A stretch of 64,000 bases of DNA from Desulfatiglandales bacterium (GCA_963667015.2 CAXXJJ010000001.1:480001-544000); one strand, 5' to 3'; positions 32,866 to 41,798 are shown, counted from the stretch's first letter. Program-made: numbers and translations. The notes: a model not told the origin generated them from the letters alone.

Positions 32866-33069
32866 TTAGGTGACCTCCTCTATAATGAATTTACATCAAA
32901 TCTTGATGCATTTACTCATTATAGAGACTCATAATTGGATGGGAACTACCCCGGATTGGTTGGGACTTTTTACCGGATCGATTGGGGCCAATGGCCGGAC
33001 TCATGGGGAAATCAGACCCGGAATATCCAAAAATTGAAAGAAGCCCCTCGTGGTCTTGTGAAGCGACAG

Positions 33070-33306
33070 GTTAAAAGCCGATTTTGCCCGCTATTTACCG
33101 ACCTTGTATTTTTGATAACCAGTTATTATTACAACAATATTTTGATTCTTATTTTCTATTTTCAACTTTTGGCAAGATTGCCAATTTTTGTAAATAGACA
33201 TCAATTCAGCCCGGAATTTTATTTTAATACTGCCATTTGGTAAATATGCTACCACGAGCATTTTTACCAAATACCATTTTTCACCCATCCCTTTTCAGCT
33301 TTTAAC
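33070..33306 (-). repeat. ORF-less cassette family B, copy 1
   Basis: GTTAAAAGCCGATTTTGCCCG...GCTTTTAAC; near-identical at 43342 and 45031. Confidence 0.85.
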
Positions 33307-33360
33307 GCCGCTCTTCAGCTGGCGCGGTTTTTTGCGATCCGCTGAAAGAGCATGTTAAGT
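33300..33360 (-). repeat. attC site (61 bp)
   Basis: TTTTAAC..CTCTTCAGC/GCTGAAAGAG..GTTAAGT. Confidence 0.85.
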
Positions 33361-33390
33361 TTTGATTTCAGGCAGTTCGTATTTTAGCGA

Positions 33391-33924
33391 CTAAATAATT
33401 TTATGTATTTTGTATAGTTGCCCCTGTATCCTATCACACATATCGGTTGTGGATGCCAACTCTGTCTCATCCACTTGATCAAGCATTTTCTCTCCTTCAA
33501 AATATTCAATCCAAACAGAAAAGTCGCTCGCATCGACATATATTTTACCATGAGCAAAACGATTACGAAGAGCGATAAGTTTGTGTAGCTCCTGCTTTAA
33601 TGTTTTCATTTCTGCTTTATCAAGGTCAATTTCGGAACAATAAATATCAAGCAATTGGCGCAAAATTTTCCATTTCTGAAAAAAAGTACAGAATTCGGCA
33701 TCAAATACAAGATTTCTTAAAATTGTACGACGTTGCAATGCGGGATAAGAGAAAAAATCTAGTAGTACATTCGTGAGAAAATTTTCTACGAATAAAGCGG
33801 CCTCGATTATTTCGCCGCGATAGTTTTTGAATTGGTCGTAAGTCGATTTCGCTTCATCCCAAAAAGAATTATCCTTCCTTTGTTCAGGTGTCTCATTTCT
33901 TACTTGAAATGTTGGCCATTCCAT
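33391..33924 (-). CDS. Cassette protein with HEPN-like RxxxxH motif
   Basis: LIALRNRFAHG; start MEWP (the ORF-track extension crosses the attC and IS). Confidence 0.65.
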   Translation of the reverse strand: MEWPTFQVRNETPEQRKDNSFWDEAKSTYDQFKNYRGEIIEAALFVENFLTNVLLDFFSYPALQRRTILRNLVFDAEFCTFFQKWKILRQLLDIYCSEIDLDKAEMKTLKQELHKLIALRNRFAHGKIYVDASDFSVWIEYFEGEKMLDQVDETELASTTDMCDRIQGQLYKIHKII

Positions 33925-33965
33925 ATTTTTGTCTCCAAACTTAACGCCTGCGATAAGGGGTTCGC

Positions 33966-34360
33966 CTATGAGAAAGTAAGTCAAGAAAAAATACTTCACC
34001 ATTAACAGGGAAATCTGTTTTTCTTGCTTACGGTCTCCTTGTTTTCGCCTACCTGCATTGCTTATCGAAGCCTTTAATCATTTTCTATTTTTTACAGGAT
34101 CTTTCTTTATCTATTATAATCCAAAGGATGTATCATTATTCCTTACGCGCCTATTTGAGCTCTCTATCAGTGATCTTATACTCACATGATCATGAACGGG
34201 CTATTATAAATTTCAGGAATAAGTGGGGGGCTAATCGCGGGATAACTATCATATGTTTTACTAAATGTGTTAAAACCCCTTCTGAGCTCTCTCCCACAAC
34301 CTACAAGACTGTTTATAGAAAAATGTATCTCATAAACAATGATCGTAGGCTTGATTATTA
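33966..34360 (-). ncRNA. Candidate bridge/seek RNA region of the IS1111-type element
   Basis: About 395-nt non-coding segment 3' of the recombinase, with short matches to the target and donor junctions. Confidence 0.6.
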
Positions 34361-36154
34361 CCTGAATTTTGCACACAATTGATCACTCCAAGAATAAAAA
34401 AATAAATTTCTATCTTAGCTTATTGAGAGTTGAACTAAGCGCGTTTGATATTTCGCCTGTTATTCAACTCGTCACAACATTTAATTTCAATCATTTTTCA
34501 TTTTTTCTTAATATTTTTTCAGCATGGTATTTCTCATGCAAGAAATTTTATGCACGCATATTGTTTAATGAAAAACGACAATTCCAGGGGCTACCTTCAA
34601 CCCATGGTTTTATTTTCTCTCTCGCTCTATCAAGGTAACACATAAAATGCATTAGCCCTGGTGTTCGCATATCGTGGATAGAATACTTTACTTTATCCTT
34701 CGAATGATAAACTACTTTTGCGGCTATTAATAAAAGCCTTAATCTAGCAATTCGAACCTGATTGTTTGCAAGTCCACTTAAAGAAGGATAGGGAGTTGCA
34801 TTCCTATCATCTGAAGATGTAACTTCCTGGTTACTCAGTTGGGCCATCATTTTATAGTAGCGCCAGATATTATAGGCCAGCATTACAATCTGAAAATAGG
34901 CATAGTTATTTTTAAATTTAGCTGAAGGAATTGCTTCAAGCCCTTCTCTTTTTGCTTCTCCAACCAGGTTCTCTACATCAGCTCTTTTATCATACTCTGC
35001 TATTACTTTATGGGCTTTCTTTGTAAGGCTTGTGCAGAAAATCCGATATGTGTATCTATCATCCTCGAACAATTCGTATTGTACAGGTTCATCAGGAGAA
35101 CTATTTTGATCTTTAGGAAACCTCATTGCAACAAACCTGCATGGACACTCCCAGCCTATGGGCTGGTATACACAACTGCTATATTCAACCAGTTGCTTTT
35201 TATTAGGTTTGTACCATGCTTTTGGATCAAAAGGCGGATTGGCCCCTTTATTGGCAATAATGTAATCAAAGAAAACTTCAATGCATGCTTCAACGCTTTC
35301 CCATCCGAAAAACTCTCCGTCTCCACGAAAGAGAACTTCTTCAACACAGCCCGGTAAATGCTCTTTGATTTTTTTTATAAACTTACCTACTTCCACACTG
35401 CTCATTGTTTCACCTTTTCGGAGTTTGCCAATAAGATATTCTCTTGTCTCATCGATAAAACATAGTACAGGTCGATAGCCCTTTTTCCCTCTATTTTTTG
35501 TGTTATGGCCTTTCCTGCTTCCTTGTTGATTTCCATATACCGTTTCAACTGTCGTGTCTGTGCTTATATGTATCTGCTTATATTTAAGGCCGCATAACAA
35601 CCAAACACGTTCCCTTAACACCCTCATGATACTTAACAGCGCATTGGCTTGATTTATACCCAGACTGTTCACATAACGCCAGAAGGTACTTGCCACCGGT
35701 AATGCCTCAACCTGAAAATATCCGCATACCATTGCATCAAGTCGAATATACGTAAAATGCCATAATCTGTTGAACCCTATAAAGAGTAGCGTTAATACCC
35801 CCACTACCATATGATAATTGCCCAGCTTGGTTTTCCGGTCTGGCGCAATATATTTATTTTTGAATATCTCTTCAAACTCAATCAGATCAAAAAACTTGAT
35901 TAGCCCAAGAAGCCCTCCAAATGCACTTAACTGCTCGGTGCATGTTTCATAAACCGTGGAAGCATTGATTTTTCTAGCTCTCCCGCCCTCAGATCCAGAA
36001 CCTTTACCTACAACCTTTTCCGTGCTATTGTCTTTTTGTTTCTTTACCATCTGGGTTTCCTCCTGTTATTTATTTTGGTTCCTCAAAACCCTTTAATAAC
36101 AGGTTACCCAGATGGTTTTTCAAGCTTTTTTTATTTAATCATGCAAAATTCAGG
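34361..36154 (-). mobile_element. IS1380-family element nested in the IS110 element
   Basis: 13-bp IR CCTGAATTTTGCA, 5-bp direct repeat TATTA (34356-34360, 36155-36159). Confidence 0.92.
34548..36050 (-). CDS. IS1380 family transposase
   Basis: STDTT..YGNQQG..GYRP, RGDGEF, YDKRADVENLVGEAK. Confidence 0.9.
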   Translation of the reverse strand: MVKKQKDNSTEKVVGKGSGSEGGRARKINASTVYETCTEQLSAFGGLLGLIKFFDLIEFEEIFKNKYIAPDRKTKLGNYHMVVGVLTLLFIGFNRLWHFTYIRLDAMVCGYFQVEALPVASTFWRYVNSLGINQANALLSIMRVLRERVWLLCGLKYKQIHISTDTTVETVYGNQQGSRKGHNTKNRGKKGYRPVLCFIDETREYLIGKLRKGETMSSVEVGKFIKKIKEHLPGCVEEVLFRGDGEFFGWESVEACIEVFFDYIIANKGANPPFDPKAWYKPNKKQLVEYSSCVYQPIGWECPCRFVAMRFPKDQNSSPDEPVQYELFEDDRYTYRIFCTSLTKKAHKVIAEYDKRADVENLVGEAKREGLEAIPSAKFKNNYAYFQIVMLAYNIWRYYKMMAQLSNQEVTSSDDRNATPYPSLSGLANNQVRIARLRLLLIAAKVVYHSKDKVKYSIHDMRTPGLMHFMCYLDRAREKIKPWVEGSPWNCRFSLNNMRA

Positions 36155-36156
36155 TA

Positions 36157-37170
36157 TTAATTCGTATCCTTTTGCCTTTCTCTCCTGTAAGGTTGATATT
36201 TCTTGCCGCTTTTAAATACTCCTAAACTCAATGTAGCCAGTCTGCGACATGTTTTATGTCTTGCATTATATTCAGGGTATCCTTTTTCTTTAATCAGATA
36301 CTCATAATAGTCATTTATTGGATTATTCCCGCCTATCGCTGCTATTACTGCTGATTTATAAACACCTTTTAATAGGCGGCAATACCGGGGACTTCTTTTA
36401 CCATAGCTCCTCCCACCACTCATCTTTTCATGCTTTATTAATCCACAATAGCTATGGAAATGTCCCTGACTTGCAAATCTGTATGGTGTCACTACTCTGG
36501 ATACTATCTTTACTGCATTTATTAACCCTATACCAGGGAGGCTTTTTTGATTTCTTATTTCAGGGTATTTTTTTGCCAGTTTAGAAAACTCCATTTCATA
36601 ACCCATTTTTTCTTCTTCACAGTGCAGTATTTGTCTGCTTAGACATTCCAATACATATTGATCTGTATTGGAGTTAAGATTTATATCTCCTTTCTCCTTA
36701 CTTCTCTTTCCACATGCTCTCAGAAGGGCAGAGCGCTGGTTCTTTAATCTTACTACTGCTTTTACTAGATCCTCATAACCGCTTACCAAGCGTCTGAGAT
36801 ATAATAAATTATCTGTTGAGTGATAAACTTCTTTTAGAAGTCCAGATTTTAAAAGCTGTACTAGCTTACTTGCATCGATCTTATCAGTCTTCGGACCTTC
36901 ACTCAGCAATCTATTTCTATAGGGATCACATATAATTATTCGATCAACATAATCATGTAACTCGGCGTAAAGCCATTGTGAGGTAGTTGTTTCTTCAACT
37001 ACCAGAACTTTTGATCCTTTCAGATTTTTCAAGTATACTTGTAAATCTTTTATATCAGAAGGTACATCTCTTGCTGTTATTTTGCTCGATTTCTTTGTCA
37101 TCCTGGCAATTGCCATATTAATCTGTGACCAATCAATTGCTATATAGTGATCATAAATGGTATCATCCAT
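36157..37170 (-). CDS. IS110 family recombinase/transposase
   Basis: IAIDWS, VVEET, KTDKIDA, SLPGIG, SYCGL..EKMSGG; start MDD after AAGGAG. Confidence 0.92.
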   Translation of the reverse strand: MDDTIYDHYIAIDWSQINMAIARMTKKSSKITARDVPSDIKDLQVYLKNLKGSKVLVVEETTTSQWLYAELHDYVDRIIICDPYRNRLLSEGPKTDKIDASKLVQLLKSGLLKEVYHSTDNLLYLRRLVSGYEDLVKAVVRLKNQRSALLRACGKRSKEKGDINLNSNTDQYVLECLSRQILHCEEEKMGYEMEFSKLAKKYPEIRNQKSLPGIGLINAVKIVSRVVTPYRFASQGHFHSYCGLIKHEKMSGGRSYGKRSPRYCRLLKGVYKSAVIAAIGGNNPINDYYEYLIKEKGYPEYNARHKTCRRLATLSLGVFKSGKKYQPYRRERQKDTN

Positions 37171-37777
37171 CTCGGTCTCCTTTCTGTGTTTAAGTTTATT
37201 GACATGATTCACTTATAACACAGTTGAGGTTATTCCTTAAAGGAGACCATCTTTCTCATTTTATCGCGGGTTAATAGTACCAATGATCGATTAAGTATGA
37301 AGACCATTGAAACTGATGAATTCCAATCGGTAAGAAAAACCAGCAAATCACGTTGATTGCATTGTTAACTGCGTTTGTATTAATCATGCGCTAAAAACGA
37401 AGCTGGAATTTCTACTATATGAGTTTTACCGTTACTGTCTTTAACCAATTTAGCGCCAAAGCTATAGTACCATATGTCATTTCTAAACATTATTTTTATT
37501 ATATTTCCTTTTCTTTGTAAGAATAATATATATAATTTGTTTTTATCTTCTACTGCACGATCAGATATCCAATCATACCTGTGCCCAATTTTAAAAACTT
37601 TTATCGTATCCTGGCTGCATTCTTTGATAATGCCCTGATCAAATAGATACATATGTTTTATTTTACCATACCATGTACCTTTACGTGTTGGAATGCGATC
37701 CTTCCACTCTTGTTCAATAATAATTAAGTCATGGTTTATGCCTGAATAGGTATTTTCACTATTGATAATAGTTTCTA

Positions 37778-38887
37778 TACGCAGCGACATAATTAATTGC
37801 GCAAATTAAACAAGTATGTTATGATGCTTTCATGAAAGCATCCAAAATAACAGACACAGAAAATATTATTTTCATCCTCCAAGATGAAATACGCCGGACA
37901 GATGAGGCGCGCTACGATCATAGGCTTCATGCCATACTTCTTGTAGCTCAAGGTATGAGCAGCAGACAAGCCGCACAGTATCTTGGTGATTCTCCAAGGA
38001 CTGTAGCATACTGGGTTCAAAGATTCGAAGCTGAAGGTCTTTCAGGGCTTGCTGATGCAGATAGACCCGGAAGAACTAAAAAGCTGAATCAGGTGCAGAT
38101 GAATAAAATAGAGATTGCTTTACGTAATTCACCTATTGATTACGGATTATCAGGCAATCTATGGGACGGCAAAACATTATCTGCCCACATCCAAAAAGAA
38201 TTTGGAGTCCAGTTAGGTGTACGTCAATGTCAGCGCATGTTCAGGCAATTAGGTTTTCGGCTAAGGAAACCACGTTCAAAAATCGCTAATGCTGACGCCT
38301 CTCGAAAAGAGGACTTTAAAAAAAATTCTAAAACTTATGAAGGATGATAAATACGACATTTGGGCAATTGATGAAGTTCACTTCCAACAATATGGTTCAT
38401 GCTGCCGTATGTGGATACCTCCAGAAGTCAAAGAACCTATCCTATTGCATCATCCTACACGTGCCAGCGTTGGTTACTATGGAGCAGTAAGACTTCGTGA
38501 TGGTAAGTTTGCATATAAGCCTGAATGGGATAAATTTAATGGTGAAACATTTTTTTCCTTTCTTAAGTATTTAAGAAGGATCAGTTCCCATTCAGGTCGA
38601 AAAGTGATTATTATTAGTGACAATGCCAGATATCATCATGCCAAACTGCATAAAAACTGGCGTGATCAATGTTCAAAACAATTTGAATTAATGTATTTGC
38701 CTCCATATAGTCCGGAGTTAAACCCTATTGAACGTGTCTGGAAACTTACAAGAAGGATGGCCGTACATAACAGTTATTTTCCTTCTTTACAAAGTGTAGC
38801 TGATGCTATTGAATCATTGTTTGATACTTGGTCTTGTGGCAACAATACATTATTAAAGTTATGCGCATTTATTTAAGTCGCACAGTA
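37778..38887 (+). mobile_element. IS630-family element
   Basis: 26-bp imperfect IRs TACGCAGCGACATAATTAATTGCGCA/TACTGTGCGACTTAAATAAATGCGCA, TA duplication. Confidence 0.92.
37832..38876 (+). CDS. IS630 transposase in two ORFs (HTH 37832-38347; DDE 38289-38876) joined at an A8 run
   Basis: IDEVHF, SDNARYH, LPPYSPELNPIERVW; TTTAAAAAAAA at 38315-38325. Confidence 0.9.
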
Positions 38888-39029
38888 TAATAAATGAATA
38901 TATGATTCAATATCTTTTGAAAAGACTTCATAACTCTGTGCCAAAGTGGAATTAGATATTAAGAATAATAACGATAATGAATAAAAAAACACCTTCATAT
39001 TTATCTCCTATACCTATTTTAATTTGAGC

Positions 39030-39096
39030 AGTTAACGGTGCTGATTACCGGCCTGGCAAGCGTTTCAGCCAGGTCCGGTAGATTAGCGGGTTATAT
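39030..39096 (-). repeat. attC site (67 bp)
   Basis: AGTTAAC...CCTGGC/GCCAGG...GTTATAT. Confidence 0.85.
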
Positions 39097-39129
39097 TACT
39101 ATTTATTAATTTCCTTTTGATGTTACCAC

Positions 39130-39537
39130 TTAAAATATTTCGACAAGTTCAAAGCATTCACAAACTAATTCCATTTGGAGCTCAAACCCACCATTTCTTT
39201 CAAAGTAGTTTTTATGGTCTTCTTGCCATCCACTTAATGTCTCATTTTCTCCTTCTAATAAAGCAAACTCCTCAGTCACATCACAGAACCTAATAATTTC
39301 GACAGATTTCGTTCTTATTGCAAGAGCTGGCGTACCATCCCAATTCAATACTATATCCACCCTCCCTATAGTTGGCATAGCTTCATTTCCGCTTTCGATA
39401 TCTCGAAGTGCGCCACATGTTGCAGTTTTATTCCCTATACGTACTAACTCTATCAACTCAGTACATAATTTATCATTATCACCAAATTTGAACTTTTCAC
39501 TATGGGGATATTTATCTTCTATGTATTGACTACTCAT
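39130..39537 (-). CDS. ASCH domain protein
   Basis: LVRIGNKTATC, FALLEGE..SGWQEDH. Confidence 0.88.
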   Translation of the reverse strand: MSSQYIEDKYPHSEKFKFGDNDKLCTELIELVRIGNKTATCGALRDIESGNEAMPTIGRVDIVLNWDGTPALAIRTKSVEIIRFCDVTEEFALLEGENETLSGWQEDHKNYFERNGGFELQMELVCECFELVEIF

Positions 39538-39555
39538 CTTCCTATTTCTATTCAA

Positions 39556-39688
39556 ATATAACGACGTGCATTACAAGCCGGGCGGCGCAAACCTACTTAC
39601 CATTTAAAACCTAAAAAAATGATACTTGTAAGATGATACATAAAAAGCAAAGAAAATAGCCCGGTCTTAGTAAATGCATTTGTTCTGT
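39556..39688 (-). repeat. attC site
   Basis: ATATAAC...GTTCTGT. Confidence 0.85.
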
Positions 39689-39690
39689 GA

Positions 39691-40148
39691 TCAAAGGTCA
39701 TATTCAAACTCAAGACTTGTGCTTTGATCAACATTAAACAGGTTTTTTATAAAACTTTTTATGGTATTTGAAATTTCATTTGCATTTCCATTAATGTCTA
39801 TATCTAAAAACCTTGAACCATCTGAACCTTTATTTTCGATAACTTTTAAATTCAATTTTTTGGAGACATTATTAAAAGCTGCTTCATGTTGTTTTTGTTC
39901 CTCAGTAATTAAAGGGAAATTTAATTGGACACCTTTTGTATCACCTGTAAATTGAATGAAGTCATAAGTGCCTTGAATTTTAATTATGAGAAAAGAATAT
40001 TCATTGGTACTTTGCATTAAATTTCTAATGTGATTTTCAGTATCATTAATGCCACCGATAGCATTTTTTGTATTTTTTGATTTGCTAGAAAAAATATAAA
40101 TAACAACTGCTATTAGAATAATTAAAATATGATTATAGTTGTTTTCAT
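39691..40148 (-). pseudogene. Cassette membrane-anchored protein with a 1-nt frameshift near its start
   Basis: MKTTIIIF then TAA; hydrophobic frame resumes and runs into ORF 39691..40017 (may be a homopolymer error). Confidence 0.6.
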
Positions 40149-40157
40149 TTTCTTTAC

Positions 40158-40289
40158 CCAGAACGTGCCCGATAACCTGCCGGGCGGTTTAATATTACAA
40201 ATATTTGCCAACCCCAATTGTTACTATGTTGCACTCAACCCCGATCTGGCAAGAGAGTAGCCCGGTCTTAGTAGATACCATTGTTATGT
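40158..40289 (-). repeat. attC site (chimeric arms)
   Basis: CCAGAAC...GTTATGT. Confidence 0.8.
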
Positions 40290-40295
40290 GATGCT

Positions 40296-40395
40296 TGGTG
40301 CCTGCTGTAGGAATCGAACCTACAATCTCCCCTTCACAAACCAACTAAAATAATTGGCTTGTGGAGGGGACGCTTTAACCATTAAGCTAGCAAGC
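40296..40395 (-). ncRNA. tRNA-like RNA (100 nt) with the anticodon loop replaced by an extended hairpin
   Basis: GCTTGC-TA-GCTT AATGGTTA AAGC-G-TCCCC[33 nt]GGGGA-GAT-TGTAGG TTCGATT CCTACA-GCAGGC-A-CCA. Confidence 0.8.
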
Positions 40396-41218
40396 ATTTC
40401 AATTCTAAAATTACCTCCTCCATGTCTTTACTGCTAAATCTACCAAATGAACTAATGGCAAAGCTCTTTAAAGCGTTTTCATATCTAGGGATGTTGTTTT
40501 TAAGTTTTTTTAGGCCTTTATATGTTGCCTTATTGTTTTCTTTTGACAAGTTAAATAATATTTCGGCAATTCTTTTATTACTTGGCTTTGCGTTTTGACA
40601 AAGGATATAGGCAATGTGTTTAACAATGTTCGTTAATAGTAAGAAGTCATTAAAGTCAATATTTTCAAGTGAGTTTGGAAAACAATCAAGATGCATGTCA
40701 TTTAAAAATCTATTTTCGTTTTTCTCTATTTTTTTGTATCGTATTTTTAATTCTTTAATGTCCCTATCTGTGTGAGCCATGTAGTTTCTTATTAACCGAT
40801 AATACTCATACATTTCTATTATATCAGAATCGAAAGTTGTGTTTGTATTTCGAGCCATATACTGCAACTTGGTTTCACCTTTTTCTATATCCCCCCATTC
40901 GGTATCACATACGTATTGTTTGCACTCTTCTTTAAAGTCTTTCAAAAATTGTTCGGATTGTTGAAAAACAGAAGCAACATAATAGTGTCTTATTCTTGAC
41001 CCAAATTTTACAAAATTGACTTCATCTACTTTTATTTTATGTTTCGCTGATAGTTCTTGAATGTACTTCCCTACTTCTTCACCTTGGGATTTTTCGATAA
41101 ATTCTCGAATCGCAATCTCATTGCATTCTACTACAGCATCAAATTCACCAAGGTTTTTTTTTAGTTTTCCATACGAAGAATATGAAAACTTCGTTATATC
41201 TAAATGTCTGTCTGACAT
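40382..41218 (-). CDS. HEPN-motif protein (278 aa), putative RNase
   Basis: YYRLIRNYMAH (RxxxxH), upstream helix SVFQQSEQFL; start MSDRH inside the cassette. Confidence 0.7.
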   Translation of the reverse strand: MSDRHLDITKFSYSSYGKLKKNLGEFDAVVECNEIAIREFIEKSQGEEVGKYIQELSAKHKIKVDEVNFVKFGSRIRHYYVASVFQQSEQFLKDFKEECKQYVCDTEWGDIEKGETKLQYMARNTNTTFDSDIIEMYEYYRLIRNYMAHTDRDIKELKIRYKKIEKNENRFLNDMHLDCFPNSLENIDFNDFLLLTNIVKHIAYILCQNAKPSNKRIAEILFNLSKENNKATYKGLKKLKNNIPRYENALKSFAISSFGRFSSKDMEEVILELKCLLA

Positions 41219-41231
41219 ATTTGATTTTCTC

Positions 41232-41364
41232 ACATAACGCCAGGTATTACAAGCCGGGCGGTGCAAACCAACTCACCTCGTTAATGCCTTTAAGGATGGT
41301 AGCTGGTAGAGAATTAAAAAATGCGTAAAAAATAGCCCGGTCTTAGTAGATACCCTTGTTGGCT
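41232..41364 (-). repeat. attC site
   Basis: ACATAAC...GTTGGCT. Confidence 0.87.
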
Positions 41365-41432
41365 GCCGCCAACCCGTTTAGTTTGTTTTTTGCTGCTTAC
41401 TTTCAATGAACGTCTTTAAATTAAAGACTTCC

Positions 41433-41798
41433 TTAAAAAGGTATATCATCATATTCAGGATTAGAGTCCGGAACATGCTCAATTGTTTCTTTAGCTTTTT
41501 CCTGCATTTTGCGTTCTTTTCTTTCCGCATTTTTTTGTTTTTTTAATTTTACATGTTGCTCAATAGATAATGAGTTTTTTAGCGGTTCCTTTTTAAAATG
41601 TTTGAAATATAGTTCTTCAATATATTCCGGAAGTGGTAATTTCCAAGGTTCCTGTTTATGATTTGCCAGCTTCCCAAATTTTTTTGGATTTAAACCTAAT
41701 TCCCTCGCCATCCTAATATGATCATGAGAAAGGTGAAACCGTTTTCTTGCATCAATCCATACTTGATATTTTGGTGATAAATTCTTTTTCTTTGCCAT
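41433..41798 (-). CDS. Cassette hypothetical protein
   Basis: WIDARKRFHLS..MARELGLNPKK..QEPWKLPL. Confidence 0.8.
   Translation of the reverse strand: MAKKKNLSPKYQVWIDARKRFHLSHDHIRMARELGLNPKKFGKLANHKQEPWKLPLPEYIEELYFKHFKKEPLKNSLSIEQHVKLKKQKNAERKERKMQEKAKETIEHVPDSNPEYDDIPF

Larger units (their letters stand above)
30453..33029 (-). mobile_element. IS21-family element, copy 2 (inverted relative to copy 1)
   Basis: Same ends and length as copy 1; 5-bp direct repeat AAAAT (30448-30452, 33030-33034). Confidence 0.95.
30407..33076 (-). repeat. attC site split by IS21 copy 2
   Basis: Halves 30407-30452 and 33030-33076 rejoin to match the intact site 43261-43348. Confidence 0.9.
33962..37267 (-). 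mobile_element. IS110 family (IS1111-type) element inserted in an attC
   Basis: Sub-terminal IRs ATGAGAAAG (33968-33976)/CTTTCTCAT (37251-37259), TCGC core at both junctions, DEDD recombinase, long 3' non-coding region. Confidence 0.9.
33939..37370 (-). repeat. attC site split by the IS110-family element
   Basis: Halves 33939-33965 and 37264-37370 rejoin collinearly with the homologous site 45270-45399. Confidence 0.85.
37380..38998 (-). pseudogene. Cassette secreted protein (168 aa) split by IS630
   Basis: MKVFF...YIHLL (38998-38888) joins ETIINSEN... in frame once the IS and one TA are removed. Confidence 0.85.

Noticed and set aside
33169..33184. Sigma54 promoter in family B (TTGGCAAGATTGCC)
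   Set aside because: GG to GC spacing is 7 nt rather than 10; better read as a dyad
34128..34645. Short ORFs within the IS110 and IS1380 non-coding ends
   Set aside because: No RBS or recognisable motifs; several cross element boundaries
40296..40395. Ordinary tRNA gene or integration-site remnant
   Set aside because: No 7-nt anticodon loop; both 5' and 3' halves are present and it lies inside a cassette overlapping an ORF
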